A stretch of DNA of 62,422 nt, filler included, from Candidatus Babelota bacterium (lineage in GTDB: Bacteria; JAGOBX01): NCBI GenBank assembly GCA_017999075.1. It is 8 parts of 8 records of this genome, joined end to end, with 100 filler letters (N's around TTAATTAATTAA, not from the genome) between each part and the next. Parts side by side here need not be neighbours in the genome. Positions count along the whole stretch, not along the records: positions 57,264 to 62,422 come from JAGOBX010000295.1; 7 more parts are not named here. The stretch is one strand, 5' to 3'. The notes under the pieces were generated by a model. It did not search any database and had not been told where the DNA came from. It was given only the letters and a program-made list of their open reading frames with translations. Both the position numbers and the translations under genes were made by a program. Position 1 is the first letter of the stretch. Every line of letters starts with the position of its first letter. Below, one piece after another: positions 59,882 through 62,422 of the stretch.

Positions 59882-61906
59882 ATGTTTAGAACTAAGATAA
59901 TTGTTCTTATAATACTGATTCTGTTGACAAGTTCTATTGGAATAATGGTGTTTACGAATTTTGCAGTCAAAGATTCAGTTAATAATATTACTGAAAATAG
60001 TTCTATAAACTACCTGCATTTGATTAAATTGAATATTGAAAACGAATATAACAGCATTTTGTTTCAGAAAGAATATGCGCTTGCCAGATATAAGGAACAA
60101 TTAAAAAATGTTACCAACCTTGCCATAGAACATATTGATAATTACTGGCAATTGTATAAAAAAGGAAAATATTCCGAAAAAATAGCGAAAGATATGGCCG
60201 CAGAATCATTAAAAAATTTTCGATATGGAAATAACGATTATTTTTTTGCCTATACTCTTGATTTGTTTAATATATCTCATCCGGACTCTAATATATATAA
60301 ACATAATTTATCAGATTATCAGGATGTTAAAGGTAATTATGTAATACGGGAAATGAAAAAAAAATTGACTGAAAATGACAGCGGATACTTATCATTTTGG
60401 TATATTAGACTGGGGGAAACTGAACCGGTAGAAAAATTATGTTATCTGACTTTATATAAAAAATGGAATTGGATGGTAGGGACAGGGGTTTATATAGGAG
60501 ATGTTGTAAAAGATTATGATAAGCGTATGCAGAGTGTAATGGAAGAATTAACCTCAACTTTTTCAAAGATTAAAATAGGAAAGACAGGATACTTTTTTTT
60601 GTTTGATGAAAATAAAAAAATACTGATACATCCTGCGTTTAATGTGAAAAAATTATCTGATTTTAAGAATCCTGATTCTGGATTAGAACATATGGATGAA
60701 CTTATTAAAGCTTCTGAAACTCCGGATAAACCTTATATTTATTATTGTGATAAACCAGGTTTTGAAGGTAAATTTTTAGTAAAATCTTATGTTATAAAAT
60801 TTAAACCTTTAAATTGGTATATATGTTCATCGGTTTATCAGGATGAACTTGATGAGCCTTTGAAAAATATCAGGAATAATCAGATGATTATTACGTTTAT
60901 TATTGTATCTATGAGTATAATAATTTCGTTTTTACTTGTCAACAGAGTTACTAAATCATTGAAAATTTTAACCAATTACGCTACCAAGCTGTCTTCGTCT
61001 GAATTTTCAATGTTATCGAGTATAGATAAAGAAATTATTGGAATCGGAAAAAGCGTTAAAGATGAAGTCAGTGAATTATCTGCAGCTTTTTCTTTTATGA
61101 TTAATTCTTTGAAAAATCATATTGAAAAATTGAAGGAAACAACATCATTGAATGAACGGATAAAAAGTGAATTGAGAATAGCTTCGGAAATACAGAATTC
61201 TATGCTGCCTAATCCGCCTGAAATGACAACTGAAAAATTTGAAATTATGGCGAAAATAATACCTGCCGCAGAAGTAGGAGGAGATTTATATGATTTTTTT
61301 TATATTGACGATAACAGAATATGTTTTTTAATTGGAGATATTTCAGATAAAGGAGTTCCGGCTGCGCTGTTTATGTCTAAAACTAAAACTGCTTTGCGCC
61401 TTATTACTTATTCTGTATATAAATTGAATAATGAAATATCCCCTTCGGAAATACTTAAAGCTCTTAATGCAGAACTTATACAAAATAACGAAATAAAAAT
61501 GTTTGCAACAATGTTTCTTGCGATTTATGATTTGAGAACAGGTAAGTTGGTTTTTTCTAATGCAGGACACAATTTACCAATTATAATATCTTCTCAGATT
61601 GAATTCTTAAAAAAAACTAAGGGTATTCCTTTAGGAATAAAAGATAAAAGTGAATATTCGGATGGTATAATAAATCTTATAAAAGGCGATTGTTTATTGC
61701 TTTATACAGATGGAATAACTGAATCTATGAATAATTTAGAAGATTTTTTCGGAGAAAAAAGATTGTTGGAATTTTTTAACAGTTTGGATTTGAAAAATAA
61801 ATCTTTAAAATTTTTAATAGAAAAATTGCTTGTTTGCGTTAATGATTTTTCTGCTGGATGCGCGCAATCAGATGATATAGCGCTTCTTGCTTTCAGAAGA
61901 ATATGA
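59882..61906 (+). CDS. Membrane sensor PP2C phosphatase (RsbU/SpoIIE family) with Cache and HAMP domains
   Basis: TM, Cache motifs RYGNNDYFF...HP...WNWMVGTGVY and IGKTGYFF...HP, TM, HAMP (DEVSELSAAF); VGGDLYD, IGDISDKG, NAGH, LLYTDGITE, QSDDIA. Confidence 0.93.
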   Translation: MFRTKIIVLIILILLTSSIGIMVFTNFAVKDSVNNITENSSINYLHLIKLNIENEYNSILFQKEYALARYKEQLKNVTNLAIEHIDNYWQLYKKGKYSEKIAKDMAAESLKNFRYGNNDYFFAYTLDLFNISHPDSNIYKHNLSDYQDVKGNYVIREMKKKLTENDSGYLSFWYIRLGETEPVEKLCYLTLYKKWNWMVGTGVYIGDVVKDYDKRMQSVMEELTSTFSKIKIGKTGYFFLFDENKKILIHPAFNVKKLSDFKNPDSGLEHMDELIKASETPDKPYIYYCDKPGFEGKFLVKSYVIKFKPLNWYICSSVYQDELDEPLKNIRNNQMIITFIIVSMSIIISFLLVNRVTKSLKILTNYATKLSSSEFSMLSSIDKEIIGIGKSVKDEVSELSAAFSFMINSLKNHIEKLKETTSLNERIKSELRIASEIQNSMLPNPPEMTTEKFEIMAKIIPAAEVGGDLYDFFYIDDNRICFLIGDISDKGVPAALFMSKTKTALRLITYSVYKLNNEISPSEILKALNAELIQNNEIKMFATMFLAIYDLRTGKLVFSNAGHNLPIIISSQIEFLKKTKGIPLGIKDKSEYSDGIINLIKGDCLLLYTDGITESMNNLEDFFGEKRLLEFFNSLDLKNKSLKFLIEKLLVCVNDFSAGCAQSDDIALLAFRRI

Positions 61907-61927
61907 AAAAAAGGAGTTGGATATAAT

Positions 61928-62269
61928 ATGGAAATTATTGAATATAGAAACGGAGATATTTTGGTTATGAGTTTGACAGGGAAACTTAATTCGTTAACAG
62001 CTGATTATTTTGAAAAAAAATTAATGGATCATTTGGCTTCAGGTTCAAAAAAGATAATTATTGATTTAAAAAAACTTGATTTTTTAAGCAGCAGAGGAAT
62101 AAGAATTTTTTATAAAGCATATGAATTTATTCAAAAATCAAATGATTGCAGAATAGTATTTTCAGAAGTTAATTCTGATATAAAAAAAGTATTTGAACTT
62201 GTTGAACTTGAAAATGATTTTCCTGTTTATCCTGAAGTTGATTCTGCGATAAAAAATGGATTTAATTAA
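61928..62269 (+). CDS. STAS-domain anti-sigma-factor antagonist (RsbV/SpoIIAA-like)
   Basis: LTGKLNS, IIIDLKKLDFLSSRGI (phospho-Ser region), KKVFEL; AGGAG RBS. Confidence 0.92.
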   Translation: MEIIEYRNGDILVMSLTGKLNSLTADYFEKKLMDHLASGSKKIIIDLKKLDFLSSRGIRIFYKAYEFIQKSNDCRIVFSEVNSDIKKVFELVELENDFPVYPEVDSAIKNGFN

Positions 62270-62422
62270 ATATTTATATAAAAAAACAACTAATTCTTCA
62301 GTATTTATTTAAATAAAAAAATTAAAAGTTAAAAAAATTTATCCACTTGACTTTCCTATCAAAAATAAATAAAAATAATATCTTGATAATAAAAGGATTA
62401 AATAAATAATTTAAAATATGCC

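Noticed and set aside
1103-61570. Many 60-155 aa ORFs antisense to or nested in long genes
   Set aside because: Shadow ORFs of well-supported genes, with no recognisable motifs.

Overview
AT-rich bacterial sequence, probably from a metagenome-assembled genome. It consists of 8 contigs joined by artificial 100-bp linkers (44 N + TTAATTAATTAA + 44 N), so gene adjacency across linkers has no biological meaning. Contig 1 (1-25525): 3' part of gatA, elbB, an aconitase, and a minus-strand cluster alternating secreted proteins ending in T9SS-CTD/FlgD-Ig-like domains (an FN3 protein of >1580 aa; a 4847-aa vWA/Ig-repeat protein) with PorV-like barrels. Contig 2: response regulator, YaiI, PAS/GAF hybrid kinase, long (Alu-type) SRP RNA, start of dnaX. 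Contig 3: IS110-family recombinase with a ~440-nt structured 3' non-coding end (bridge/seekRNA candidate), then a defence-like island (Mrr-like nuclease, UDG-like protein) with a duplicated ECF-promoter module. Contig 4: PfkB kinase, Jag_N-FapA, GT-C membrane protein, structured intergenic region. Contig 5: hpf-ptsN-hprK-rapZ-ptsH-ptsI. Contig 6: LolCDE/LolA-like ABC system. Contig 7: redoxin-UshA-like fusion and two lipoproteins. Contig 8: ArsR pseudogene and an operon of an NCS2 permease with an RsbW-like tail, a Cache-HAMP-PP2C phosphatase and a STAS protein. The best candidates for something new are the NCS2-linked partner-switch operon, the IS110 3' RNA, the PorV/giant-cargo cluster and the ECF-promoter defence cassettes. 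All family calls come from reading motifs by eye; no database searches or folding programs were run.
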